64,000 nucleotides of DNA from Octopus vulgaris. Taxonomy: Eukaryota. The notes below the pieces were generated by a model, which saw nothing but the letters and a program-made list of their open reading frames with translations, made no database searches and had not been told where the DNA came from. Below, one piece after another: positions 1 through 12,854 of this stretch (positions are counted from its first letter, which is position 1; every line of letters starts with the position of its first letter). The DNA is taken from positions 28,582,001 through 28,646,000 of the forward strand of contig OX597829.1 of NCBI GenBank assembly GCA_951406725.2. Direction: 5' to 3'. A program made the translations under genes and the position numbers.

Positions 1-262
1 CAGTTACATTGGCAGGAGCTGTAGACGGTGAAGGAGGTAGTTTGTTTGCCGACAGGGTGGAATCCACATATTCATTTTGTGGTCTTGGCCCAGTTCGCAA
101 GTGTGTCAAACTGATGAACTCTCTGTTAGGGATGCTTGCTGTTGGGGTTTGGTGTACATGGTCAAGCAAGCCATTACCAGGCCTTGCTGTAACATGGGAA
201 GAGGAAGATGTGCTGTTGTTCTGGTTGGTTATCCGCTGACCAGATCCAGATGAAGCCATCAT
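1..262 (-). CDS. spry: Sprouty-family RTK/ERK feedback inhibitor, N-terminal part (partial; continues beyond the left edge)
   Basis: The minus strand reads TTTTATTTTCTTCTATTTGCAG|TCAAATTCTTCC-ATG. The frame is open to the window edge: MMASSGSGQRITNQNNSTSSSHVTARPGNGLLDHVHQTPTASIPNREFISLTHLRTGPRPQNEYVDSTLSANKLPPSPSTAPANVT. ISL..LR...PQNEYVD (NEYVD at 76-62, Tyr = residue 65) resembles the Sprouty Cbl-TKB-binding motif (NEYT in vertebrates, NEYVD in Drosophila). The Cys-rich SPR domain is not visible in the window. Confidence 0.75.
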   Translation of the reverse strand, partial: MMASSGSGQRITNQNNSTSSSSHVTARPGNGLLDHVHQTPTASIPNREFISLTHLRTGPRPQNEYVDSTLSANKLPPSPSTAPANVT

Positions 263-274
263 GGAAGAATTTGA

Positions 275-298
275 CTGCAAATAGAAGAAAATAAAAAC
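275..298 (-). promoter_or_regulatory. 3' splice site (polypyrimidine tract + CAG) of the putative sprouty coding exon
   Basis: Minus strand TTTTTATTTTCTTCTATTTGCAG lies 12 nt before the ATG, at a sharp change from AT-rich to coding-like composition. Confidence 0.8.
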
Positions 299-553
299 CT
301 ATTAAAATGCCTGTTACAATTATAGTGCTAACATGTAATAATAATAATAATAATAATAATAATGATAATAATAATGATAATAATAATAATAATAACAACA
401 ACAACAACAACAACAAATTATTCCTAAACTTTTAGCATAGGGCCAGCATTTTAGAGGGGAAAGGTAAGTTAATCAAACTGACTGGTACATTTTTTTTATC
501 TACAGCAAAAGGATGAAGGGCAAAGTTGACCCTGGCAAAATTTGAACTTGGAA

Positions 554-736
554 TGCACCAGGCTCCAATCTTGATCTGGCAGAGTTTCTACAGGAAGGGT
601 ATCCAGTTGTAGAAACTCTGCCAGATCAAGATTGGAGCCTGGTGCAGCCATCTGGCTCGCCAGCCCTCAGTCAAAAAAATCGTCCAACCCATGCTAGCAT
701 GGAAAGCGGACGTTAAACGATGATGATGATGATGAT
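554..736 (+). mobile_element. 5'-truncated (GAT)n-tailed retroposon with a 5' fold-back inversion, inserted in a TTA-tailed SINE
   Basis: Tail CCAACCCATGCTAGCATGGAAAGCGGACGTTAAAC(GAT)n; perfect 39-bp inverted repeat 554-592/608-646; GAATGC at 551-556 and 737-742. Confidence 0.75.
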
Positions 737-869
737 GAATGCGACAAGCCAGAAGAAATACTGCAAAGTATTTTCCCAACAATCTAACAATTCTCCTAGC
801 TTGCCACAACCTTTATCATTACAAAAGTAAACAATAATTAATGAAACTAACAGAAAGAAATAGCTTACA

Positions 870-1285
870 GGTTTACTAGAATGAACATTAGGTTGTTTAC
901 ATTCCTGTCTGAGTTTGCTTCCCAACCACATGGTTTTGGGTTCAGTCCTATCCCATGGCACCTTAGCAAGTGTCTTCTACTACAGCCTCGGGCCAACCAG
1001 AAAAATATGAATGGATTTGATAGAAGGGAAACTGAAAGAAGCCTGTCACACACACACACACACATATATATCTGTGTACGTCTTTGTGGTCGCTCATCCC
1101 CCACCATTTGATAACCAATGTTGGTTTGTTTACATCCTTGCAACTTGGCTTGGCAAGATGATGGACAGAACAAGGACCAGACTAAAAAAAAAACATACTA
1201 GGGTTGATTCATTCAACTAAAAATTCATCAAGGCAGTGCCCCAGTATGGCCACAGTCTAATGACTAAAACACATAAAAGATAAGA
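870..1285 (+). mobile_element. tRNA-derived SINE family A, diverged copy
   Basis: Similar to 13414-13822: GGGTTCAGTCC B-box region, internal microsatellite, ...TGACTAAAAC..TAAAAGA tail. Confidence 0.8.
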
Positions 1286-1730
1286 TTATAAAATAAAAAA
1301 AAAAAAAAAGATCAGGAAGTTACAGATAAAGATTTTTTTTTAAAGGCACTTGGGATATATTGATACACCAGATCAATAAATATATTAATATATTAAATTT
1401 TCAGGGTGTGTGGTAAGAAGCTTGCTTCCCAACCACACAGTTCTGGGTTCAGTCCCACTGCATGACACCTTGGGTATGACCAAAGCCTTGTGAGTATATG
1501 TGTATATATATATTTATATATCATCATTGTTTAACACCAACCCTCCATGCAGGTATGGGTGGGATGGTTTGACAGGAGCTGCCAGGCAGAAACCTGCACC
1601 AGACCTCTGTGACTATTTTGGCAGAATTTTTACAGCTGGAAGCTCTTCCTAACACCAACCACTCAGCAGATATATATATATATATCATCCCACCCATGCC
1701 AGCATGGAAGGCAGATGTTAAATAATGATG

Positions 1731-1767
<37 letters not shown>

Positions 1768-2141
1768 TATACATCTGTGTGTGTCTGTTTATGTCCCTAT
1801 AACTTAGCGGTTTGGCAAAAAGGTACTAGGCTTAAAAACATTAGTCCTGAGGTTGATTTGTTTGACTAAAGCCCTTTAAGGCTGTGCTCCAGCATGGCCG
1901 CGGTCAAATGACTGAAACAAGTAAAAGAATAAAAGAATACTAGCAGAAAGATTGCTCAAAAGGCTGTCTTTGATTCTCATTATCATAATCACTATCGTTT
2001 AATGTCCATTTTCCATGCTGGCATGGGTTGTTTTTCTCTACATTACATCTAACTTTCCTTTGTATCTTTTACTCATCTTATAACACTCACTCGCTCAGTA
2101 AAATATTTCTTCCATTATTTTTGCCAGTCTTACTCTTTCCT

Positions 2142-2372
2142 TTAACCCTTTCGCATTTAAACCAGCCACATCCAGCCCAAATATTCTATTTGTTTTATGT
2201 TCAAACTGACCAGATCAGGCCTCTCACACCTACCTAACATGTCATTCTGAAAATAAACTAACCAGTCTTCATAATCTTGAAGTTTTGCAATAATGTATGA
2301 TTAATTTCAAAACGATGGGAATAAATTAGCCTTACACTTGACAGAATAATCTGAAAGGTAAGGAAGGGTTAA
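2142..2372 (+). mobile_element. TTAA-flanked MITE family 1 (piggyBac-like ends)
   Basis: TTAACCCTTT...AAGGGTTAA ends. Related copies at about 17765-17985, 31475-31707, 40331-40890, 43780-43935, 52709-52935 and 55305-55803. Confidence 0.75.
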
Positions 2373-2994
2373 GGAAACACAAAGGTAGTCTATCCTCTAC
2401 ATGCTTGCTTAGTATGCTAGAAATAGTAAGGATTATGCTTGTTATATTTCAATAGGAGTTGTACCAACAAATTCACCTCTAATTTCACCCCCACCCAACT
2501 CTGTTGGTGTAGCCATTTTAGGCTGCCACAGCCACTACCACTCATTCAACTCCTACTAACTCGAAATTGTATTCAAATTGGGGAAAGGGGAAGCTAGGAT
2601 GAAATCAATTTCATCTTGGCTCCTATGATTTTAGATTACCTTCTCAAATCCTTCCCCAAATGTTTGTCGCCTTGGTAGCAAATAAAATGTTTTCTGTGTG
2701 TGTGTGTGTGTACGTATTATGTACATCATCATCATCATCATTTAACATCTGTAGTCCATACTGGCATACTGGAGTGCTGCTCCAGTCTGATTTGGCACAT
2801 TTTCTATAGCTTGAAGCCTTTCCTAATTCCAGCCACTTCACAGAAAATGCTGGGTGCTTTAATGTGGCACCAGCATAAGTGCTTTTTACATGGCACCAGC
2901 ACAATTTTCTTGCAAGTCAATCCCCATCACAAGGAGCAGTGGCCTTAACACTTACTCCACTTCTGCTGCAGAGTACTGGCCTTCTTGAGTATGC

Positions 2995-3365
2995 CATCAT
3001 CATCATCGTTTAGCGTTCGCTTTCCATGCTAGCATGGGTTGGACAGTTCAACTGGGGTCTGGAAAGTCAGAAGGCTGCACCAGGCCCAGTCTGATTTGGC
3101 AATGTTTCTACAGCTGGATGCCCTTCCTAACTCCAACCACTCCGAGAGTGTAGTGGGTGTTTTTACGTGCCAGACGAGGCTGGCAAACGGCCACAATTGG
3201 ATGGTGCTTTTTACGTGCCACTGGCACGGAGGCCAGTCGAGGCTGGCAATGGCCACGATTAGATGGTGCTTTTTACATGCCTCCGGCACAGTGGCCAGTC
3301 AGGGCGGCGCTCTTAACGTTCGGATGGTTCTCTTACGTGCCACCGGCACTGGTATCACAGCTACA
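2995..3365 (-). mobile_element. (GAT)n-tailed RTE-related retroposon with internal tandem subunits
   Basis: (CAT)n, then CGCTTTCCATGCTAGCATGGGTTGGAC, then repeated GGTGCTTTTTACGTGCC units. Confidence 0.8.
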
Positions 3366-4495
3366 ATTTCCATTGATGTTGATCGATTTCGATCAACATC
3401 ACGTATGTAAATCACAGAGATAGCTTTGAGCATCCACTTCCTTGGTTAAAGTTGGAAAAGTCACATTTTGTTTGATATGTTAATAAATCTGCCTGCTCAC
3501 TATTTATAAATAATAACAAGTTAAGTAGGTATCCTATGAGTAAAACACTGAAACCGAAGACTGGTCTTTGGAACTAAACAAGGTGTTTAGTATACTTGTA
3601 AATTAGCTTAACTTAGCAGCATTTTAATATCTGATCATTTGTAATTCCTTCTTTACAATCTGCCAAGCAGATATTTTACTTATTGCTGGCTATATTGACA
3701 AAGGGTTATGACATCAATAAGTAAATTGATCTCAGAATAGGATCATTATTCAATAAGTGGGTATTTTTTTGAGCCTTTGAAACTGCTCAAGGTTAAAAGA
3801 AGATGCCCCAATAAAGAAGAAACCTAAAGGTTTTTGAAAGGAAATTTGGCAAAGTTAAGAAAATTATGGTTCTGAAGAACATTATTGCAGAGATCTTGAT
3901 AAAAACCCAATTATATTTTGTTCAAAGTACAAATAATTCTTTAAGTTGGTTATTTTATTAGCGTAGCCCTCTCTCTCCCTGCCTTCCTCTCTTTCAAGAC
4001 AATATTATTTGGTGCTAAGGTACTAAATTTCCAGGTTAGAAAAAAAAATCGGGTCACCAGTTAATGAGTGTAGCACATTAAAGCGTGACTGTCAGATCAA
4101 AATAAAGATGTTGCAGAGATAACAGATACTTATGGAACTTCTGTGTTGTTAGGGCGGTTGTAACAGAGGATAAGAGGTCAGCAGATAGGCTTAATCCAAG
4201 CTTACAGTTAAAATCCCCTTTTAGTTGAAGTGAAATCTTAGGAAAACATAACTAAGCTACAAACTAAATCTGCAGGTTACTTGGAAGCTAACATGGCTAA
4301 TTATTCATAGTGAAACCATTGATAGATTTCTGAATTATATCAACATTGATAGGTCACCCTGACCAAACAGGGTATGAAAAAATTTGATTTGTGAAGCCCA
4401 CAAAGGAGATTCTACATCAGTTTCATTATCATTATTTTTACATCCATAAGGAAGAGTATCCAGCCACAGAAACCATGCAAGGCAAACTGGCATTA

Positions 4496-4718
4496 AGGTG
4501 GCGAGCTGGCAGAAATGTTAGCATGCCGGGCGAAATGCTTAGCGGTATTTTGTCTGCTGCTTTGTTCTGAGTTCAAATTCCGCCAAGGTAGACTTAGCCT
4601 TTCATCTTTTCGGGGGTCAATTCAATAAGTACTAGTTACGCACTGGGGTCAATGTAATCGACTTACTTCCTTTGTTTGTCCTCTCTTTGTTTAGCCCCTT
4701 GTGGGCAATAAAGAAATA
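4496..4718 (+). mobile_element. tRNA-derived SINE family B, inserted in a (GAT)n-tailed element
   Basis: Head AAGGTGGCGAGCTGGCAGAA, B box GAGTTCAAATTCC, tail AAAGAAATA; ACCATGC(C)AAGGCAAAC on both flanks. Confidence 0.85.
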
Positions 4719-4829
4719 AAAGACCATGCCAAGGCAAACATTAGAGCAAGGTACAGTTAGCCAGCTCACCAGCTCCTGTCAAACAGTCAAACCAATGCCA
4801 GTTTGGAAAATGGATGTTAAATAATGATG

Positions 4830-5325
4830 ACTTTTCATGCATGCATGGGTTGAATGGGTCTTCTCTCACACAGTATCTTGTCACTTATTGCATTCCTTTG
4901 TCATCTCTTCTGTGAGGGTCAACACCCCAAGATTAGCCAACACCACTCTTGTTCAAGTTTTCCTTTATCTTCCACTTCCATACTCTCCTTCCAAATGAAT
5001 CTCCTGAAAACTTATTCACCCACCTGTTAACATCAACCATACACATTATATGTTTATATCTAACCAACATACCTATCTTTTGTCTCCACTCATCTCTGCC
5101 CCAACACTCCATAATTTATGATCACTGGCACTTTACATTCAGCAGATCATGCTTGCTTCATTCTTTCTCAACCTTTACATGTCTTCTGCATCCAAGTACC
5201 CACATCTCACTACTATGCAGCATTGTAGTTTGTACACATGCATCATACAATCTAATCTCCACTTGGAGACAGGAAGCCTCCTTCTTAGCCAATAGAGGTA
5301 ATAAGCTCCCTGAACTTTTCTCACT
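4830..5325 (-). pseudogene. RTE-clade LINE relic (post-RT C-terminal region and 3' tail)
   Basis: Frameshifted minus-strand translation KFRELLPLLAKK...RLYDACVQTTMLHSSEMW...EDM*RLRKNEASM matches the RTE 'LY...V...MLYGSETW' pattern. It ends in the same AACCCATGC..GCATG tail as the (GAT)n retroposons. Confidence 0.75.
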
Positions 5326-6289
5326 TTAGCCTAATTCTGATCACAGTGTTTTCAGACAGAAGATATAACTTTTCACAACAATGGAAGCACTGGCTGGAAG
5401 TTGGGTAAAATCTTAAAAATAGCATTTCTTCTAAATATAAGGTGCCACAAAATGAGGAAGGATTTACATGGCCCTGCTACAAATAGCAGACAAAAAAATC
5501 CCCTTTCAAATGAAACCTCTACCATCTTAGGACATATCAGATCATGTAGTCTTACATAACTCTAAAAATACATGGAATGGTCATGGCTAGAGTGCTGTAA
5601 ATCATGGGTCTGTGTGGGAAGACTAAGGGAGGAATGGTATGTGTTTTTATGCATGTGTGTGTGTATACACACAGATTCATATAAATGTGTTTGTGTGGGG
5701 GAATCCAAACCTTTGTCTTCTTGCACAGATATCAGCAGCACCAAACACCCTTGTCCAATGAGTCTACAACTATACTAGCTCATCCAATGGAAACCATACA
5801 TAGCTGCCAAAAAACCCCAAAAGACCATTTGTCTGCCAATAGCTGGAACTACCAAATGAAAGTGACTCTGTACAGAGTAAAGAATGGCAACCGTAACCCA
5901 CAAAACAGTGATTTAACCTTACCTTAAGTAAAAACTAATACTCTTTACAATTTCAGACCCAACTGCAAACTAGAGATTATTCCATATTTTCTCAAAATTT
6001 CACAATATTTTGCAATGTGTGTGTGTAATATATATATATATATATATACTTATAATCATCATTTAATGTCCATTTTTCATAGGTCAGATTGTTTGATGGG
6101 AGCTGACCAGACTCCAGTTGTCTGTCACTGTATAGTTTTTTGTGGATGGATGCCCTTTATAATGCCAACCACTTTACAGTGTACAATAGTGCTTTTTATG
6201 TACCACCATCACATGGTACTGGCACAAGTACTTTGTATATGGCATATATATATATATATATATATATTCCCCCTCCCTTCTCAAAAGAG

Positions 6290-6613
6290 TTTTCTTTCAT
6301 TGTCTTGCAAGTACTTGGTGACCCTCTCAGTGCAGGTGCCACTTAAAAGCACCCAGTCCACACTGTGAAGTGGTTGGCATTTGGAAGAACATCCAGCTGT
6401 AAAAACCTTGCCAAAACTGACCTCGCGTGTCCTTGTGGCACATAAAATGCACTAAGCCCACTCTGCTGAGTGGTTGATGTTAGCAAAGGCATACAGCTGT
6501 AAAATTCCTGCCAAAACAGTTACAGAAGCATAGTGCAGGCTTCTGCCCAACTGGCTCTTGTCAAACTGTCCCACCCATGCCAGCATGGAAGGCAAACATT
6601 AAACAATGATGAT
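6290..6613 (+). mobile_element. (GAT)n-tailed RTE-related retroposon with internal duplication
   Basis: Two AAAAGCAC...GTGGTTG...CAGCTGTAAAA units, then CCCATGCCAGCATGGAAG..TTAAAC tail. Confidence 0.75.
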
Positions 6614-9600
6614 CTATCTATCTATCTATCTATCTATCTATACACACACACATAGAGAGAGAGAAAGCAACCATCAATTTATTTTTCACAAGTTATAAGG
6701 TGAAGGTGGTGGTGGGGAATGGCCATGACCATCACAACTTCCATTTCCCCCACTTCTGAAGAGAGTTCAATGGATATCTTTGTCATACATAACTGATGAA
6801 ATAACAGCCTTTTTTTTTTTTTTTTTTGGTAGCAGTGCTTCTTGCCCTGATGAGGTAGAAGCAGGAATGGACAGAGGGGTGAATGGGTGAGTGGATGACA
6901 GGCATATAGTAATTTTGTTTATTTTTTATTTATGTTTAACTATTGTAAAGTTAACCCATTCCCACTTCACCTGATTATCTCTTAAGGAACAGATAGCATT
7001 AAATGACATTTTTAAATGTTACAATAGATTATGTCTTCACAGTAGGATGGCACCTGAGTGGTTAAATACCTGTAGAGTATAAGCACTATTATAAATTGAA
7101 TGAAAAGGTAAGGCAGTGTTGCTGAAGAGTATGAAACAACTTTTACAGATGAGTGATTCAAGGGGGGGGGGTAAGAAAAAGAAGAAAAATGAAATAAAAA
7201 TAATACTAAAAAAAAGAGGAAAAAATTACTGATTCAGCAATCCATGGAAGAGTAAATATGTTAAAAAGAAATTATATAAATAAAAAAAAGAAAAGAAAAG
7301 AAAAGAAAAGAAAAGAAAGGTGTCTAGCAAGCTAATTTTGCTGACATGTTAATCATTGAAAACCATGCGGTACTGAAAATAACAACCAGCGCTATCAAAT
7401 ATATTGTTTGTGGAAGAGGAGGTGAGTGGGGTGGAGAAAGAGTGAAAAAAAAAGCAAAACAACAACACTGTCTCACACACACACACAATCAAACAAAAAC
7501 AAATGCAGGGTAACATTTAAAAATTAAAACCATCAGTGTTTACCAATTCTGAGAATCTGTTGTCACACAAGTCTGACAACAAATCAGCAAGACATTTGGA
7601 ATCCTAGCAGAGTTAGATTACAATAAAATTTTGGGAGGAGGCCTAATCCCTTTTCTTTCTCTCTCCAATTTTCTTCCCTTTTTTTTTTATGACTTTTTCC
7701 TTCCCCATCAGTCCCAACAACGAGAAGTGTTAAACCTTAAACTGTTCCGATTATTGATAATCTATTGTTCCATCTGAAGCATATATAATAAATAATTAAC
7801 ATATATAATTAGCATAGACACAAAAGTTCCAAAGCTTTTGATGTTACATGCTTAGTTAGAGATAGCAAGCCTTGATATTTATATTCCATTATAATGTAAA
7901 TTTCACTTCAATCATTTTAAGCAAAGAAAGATATTATTTCATTCAGTCAAAGTACCCTGTCTTTTGAGTTACTTGGCAACCTAACCTAGTGATGTTGCTA
8001 TGAAAAAAATACCCGGTCCATTGTGTTAAGTAGTTGGACTCAGAAAGGGTATCCAGATTTAGAAAGAATGCCAAAGCAGAATCCAACATAAGAGATGGAC
8101 ATTAAACAATGATGATGGTGATGGAAGAATATACCATATTTTCAAAATGAAAATCATGCAAGACATTTCTCATTTTTAGTTTACCTCCAAGGAATGCTTA
8201 AAATCCCTTCTCCTATGTTTAAATCTTAACAATCCTGTACTGATTGTATTATAGAAAAGAAATGATAGGGGAAGAGATTAGAGTTTTTCCTCCTTACTTT
8301 AATGAGTTCCTCACTTTCTCCTGAATGAATGTAAACAAGGTTAATATTTTTGTTATAATATGCATCTCATGACTGGCTGATTGATCCAATCCCATGTGGT
8401 AGTGTGGCATACAAGAAATTAAAGAGTTTCGGCAATTTTCCAAATGGGATGGCCATGATTAGAACACCTTTGATAACATATCTGCTTAATCGGACCAGAC
8501 TTAAATTTTAACGACCTGCAACTGTCTTTACCAGATATGAATGCATCCAACTTAACAAAAGACAAAGTGGGACCATGAGACTGTACTGATATAGCCTAAG
8601 TACTTACTCCCTATCTCAAAGTGCTAAATCAGAACATCCTGTAGATGGTTCAAAATAACTTTGGCAGGTATTTTCCTCACCCTCATTGACTTGACATTCC
8701 ATTTTTCCATGCTTGCATGGGTCAGAGAGAATTTGTTGAGACAGATTTTCAACAACTGGATGCCCTTCCTGTCACCAACACTTGCCTTTTTTTCAAGTAA
8801 GGTAGTATTTCTCTATGACCAGACATGTTCCAATGGATGTTTGAAAACAAAAAACACCATGTGTATGATGATGACATTTGCTTACAGCTATCACATGAAG
8901 TCAAGGTAAGAAGACAGTAGCACATGCATACACATACACATTCTTTCAATCTACCCACAAGACTCTGGTCGGCCCAAGGCTATAGTAGAAGACACTTGCC
9001 CAAGGTGCTACACAGTGGGACTGAACCTGGAACCATGTGGTTGGGAAGCAAACTTCCTATCACACAGCTATACCTGCACCTGCAATTTGTTTTTATTTAA
9101 TTTGATGCAACCCCCCCCCCCAAAAAAAAAACTAAGGTAGTTGAAACGGATTACATCTGCATTTATAGAAAATGATGCTTATTCCTGCAAGAGGTCTGCA
9201 TTTACTAAGGAGGCAAATATTGGCTCAGACAATAATATGGTTGTTGGAAGAATTTATTTGAATCTATGGAAAATACAAACAGTAAAAGCTGTGTGGATCT
9301 GCACAACAGGGACTCTCAAGTGGGCAGAAAACTTTGATCAGATTAATGGGATGGTGAAGAATTTTCAAGCGTCAGAGAGAAAAGAAGGCATCTGACTGTG
9401 TGTGCACACACATGCATGAATGCGTGTGGATTTTATTTCTAAAAATTGTAAGGTACAAATGAGATGTTTAAATGCAGAAGGGGGCCACATCAAGGAACTA
9501 TGGATAGTTTGTCTACCCAGTATCATTCACAGTGTGTGAGTGGGCCCGAGGCTTTAATAATGATATTGGCCAAGATGATAAGCAGTGGGGCCAAACACAG

Positions 9601-10387
9601 GACCTTGTAGTTGCAAACGAACTTCTGAACCATTCAGCCATATTGCACCTTCAAAGGAATATTGTAAATCACACACACACACACACAGGGAAAAGAGAAA
9701 TACAATTTAGCTGATTACAAAATTTAAAAAAATACTGTTGAATCACATGAAAATAAGGATTTCTTCATTTCCTTTTACTAAGAAATAATTGAAAATGTTA
9801 CACTTGATTGGAATTCAATCTAATGAAAACTCAAAGGCAGATTATCATCAACTTACAGAAAAGGAAATATAAACATTTCAATTTCCTATAAAGTAATTAA
9901 ATAACAAATGATTCCATACAAATTAAAGGAAAGTAGTTGCATATATGGGTTAAAGAGAAAAATGATCTACTAATTATAGAAGCAAACATAGACAAACATA
10001 CTCAGCTCATTAACATGCTGGATGTAATTTCCATCTTAAAAGCAAAATTAAAATTGACATTTTTTTCTTCTTCTTCAAAGAAGACCTTTCTGTCTGTCTC
10101 TCTCTCTCTCTCCCTTTCTACATGAAACATGAAAATTGTTTTCTTTCTATGCCTTAATTAATTTCGCTCATTTTGCCAACTTTAACAATTTTAAACTTCA
10201 CAATAATAATAATTTTGACTAATTTTGGCATAAGGACAGCAATTTTATGAGGAGAGGTAAAGTCAACAACACTGCCCCCAGTTCTTGTTTGGTACTTTAT
10301 TTTATCGACTCCGAAAGGATGAAAGGCAAAGTTGACCTCAGAACATAAAGTGCCTGAAAAAATATTGCAGCAGCAGTAGCAGTAGTA

Positions 10388-10428
<41 letters not shown>

Positions 10429-10439
10429 CATCATCATCA

Positions 10440-10987
10440 GACAGTCGCTCTCATGGCTTCTGATCTTAACTGATTGGAAGTGTTAAAGTGTTATCATGTA
10501 CATTGTTTTGTCTTGGTATAAAAGATGGGCTACAGCAAATATTCTGCTCAATGCCACAGATTTGCTTGTGTCAGTTGTTTGACCTTAACCAGTCGAGCAT
10601 GTTCCTTAGTGACTGACGATATGTGCATCTCTGATCACGAGCAGAAGTAGTGGGGGAGCATCATAGCCATGTGTTGAGAGGGATTCTTTGGGGTTTGAAT
10701 AATTCACCTCAGGAAACATGGGTGTTTCATTCAACATCCTTAGTCAACCCTTATTCAGGGACCATTTGAGCAGGATGGGTTACTTGACCAGAAGAAAATT
10801 CTAACTTGGCCCCACCTGCAAGGCCATGTGCTGTTTATCTCGATATGAGATCACCATGTCGCACACATATGGTTGTGATGCATGTGCCTAGTGTACCCAT
10901 ATCAGACGGGTAGTCATGATGGGTATACTGGTCTTTGTATATTTTACCCCAGTGTCACTTTGATGGCATGCACTGCTCTCTCACTCA
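10440..10987. mobile_element. ~550-bp interspersed element embedded in a (TAA)n microsatellite
   Basis: A GC-richer block bounded by (TAA)n at about 10389-10428 and 10987-11003. It may be the UTR of a TAA-targeting non-LTR element; no ORF was seen. Confidence 0.5.
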
Positions 10988-12444
10988 ATAATAATAATAA
11001 TAAACATCAGGATTTGCTGAAAGTACTTGTACTTTTAGTGGAACATATTGCTGCATATTGAATACTGATAAAATAGGAAGAAAGAAAAGCAACAACTACA
11101 AAAAAAAAAAAACTGTAGGCATTTATAGTGATCATACAAATAAGATGACAAATTATGTTCAGCAGAGTTGTCTGCTGTCCTAACAAACCTGTTATACCAG
11201 CATTAACTGTCCACATATGGAGTAGATTATCACATACATACACACACACAACCTTTCATTTGTTCTATATATTCATCAAACCAATAGTCAATACCAACTG
11301 CCTATCTATTTTTTTTTGTTTTTTTTTTTAAATATACATCTATTTTGTTGTATCTGTCAATTTATCTATCTTTTGTTGTAGGTCTAACAATTTAAATATG
11401 TAGCAAGCTAAAAAGCCTGTCTGTCTACCTCTATGCTAGCTAACTAGTTATATAGCTAGCTATAAAGCTTTGTTTGTTTATCTATCCTTCCATCTAATTA
11501 TAAACTTGTTTATCTACCTAACTATTTATCTATCTAGCTTTCTATCTAGTTATAACATTTAGGCAGTTAGCAATAACTCAATGTACCCACTTAGCAATCA
11601 GTCAAATCTATTCTCCTAGCCATCCATCTATCTGCATGTTTGTCAATTTGGCTATAAACATGTCTAGTTACATATCTACCTACTTAGTAACCAATCTACC
11701 AATTTTCTGCCTATCTGCCAGCCTGTTTAGATTTAAATCTTGTCTCCCTCCCCTCCTCTTTACACACCCACGCACACGCGCGCGTGCACACACACACAAT
11801 GATATCTATTTTTTTTTTTGTAGATGTATAGGCATTCGTTGAACAAAAATGGTTTTTTTTTTTTGGTTTCTCTGGATACTTTAAGCAAACCAGAAAATGT
11901 CCAGAATGGAAGAATTATTATGACAGTAAATTTTGTAAGTCCTTTAGTCCATTTCCACCATCATGACTAATGCCATACAACAGCTCTGACATCAGATCAG
12001 GATTCTTTGAGAAATATGTCCATCTGGCTTACAGAAAATTATGTTCAAGTCCTGTAGGTAGTTTCCTGCCGTTGTTTTGTCCAAGAGATTTTCAGCCCAA
12101 TGAATGAAAAGCTATTATAACTGAATTCACTGCGAGGTACATCATTCATAAAGACTTATTTGCATATTTCTCGATGCTTCTATTTGCTTTCTAAATGCAA
12201 ACATACTTTCTCATTGGTAAGATGAAAGCATTTAATTTGATGAAAGAAAGACAGCCCACTACTTTAGTGTAATTTGAAACATGTTTATCCAGATTTCGGA
12301 ATATGCATGGCTCAAGTCCTGCAAGCAGAGCTACCCATTGTTTCTTTTCCTACCCCAAAAATTTTAACCAAATATGTTGTAGGCTGTTATTTATAGCTGA
12401 ACTCACTATGAGATACATTGTTAAAAAAGTCATTACATATAAAA

Positions 12445-12511
<67 letters not shown>

Positions 12512-12854
12512 ATCATCATCATTGTTATTTTAATGTCAACTTCTTTATGCTCACATGAGTAAGACAGAATTTTGTTGAGGCAGATTTTCTAGTCTGATGT
12601 CCTTCTTGTTCCCAAACCCCCAACTGTTTCCAAATAAGGTAATAAATATTTCCCCATGGTCAAGCATATTTTTACAGAAGATGATAAGCAAAGGACAATG
12701 CTTGCACAATAGTGACACTTGATTACAGATATCATGCAATGTCAAAGCAAGGGGGGGGGGACACACACACAAATGCACCAAAACAAGATTGGAAAAATTT
12801 ATTTTGTATAATATATTCACCATTACAAGTGTTTAATTTGCTAAAAGCACTCAT

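Noticed and set aside
9-239. Plus-strand 76-aa ORF
   Set aside because: It is the antisense shadow of the better-supported minus-strand exon.
5923-5962. Possible 40-nt minus-strand exon (TTTGCAG...AAG|GTAAGG)
   Set aside because: Good donor but weak pyrimidine tract; plausible by chance without transcript data.
11824-11934. Plus-strand AG...GTAAGT 111-nt open segment
   Set aside because: No recognisable protein similarity, contains a poly-T run, and has no partner exons.
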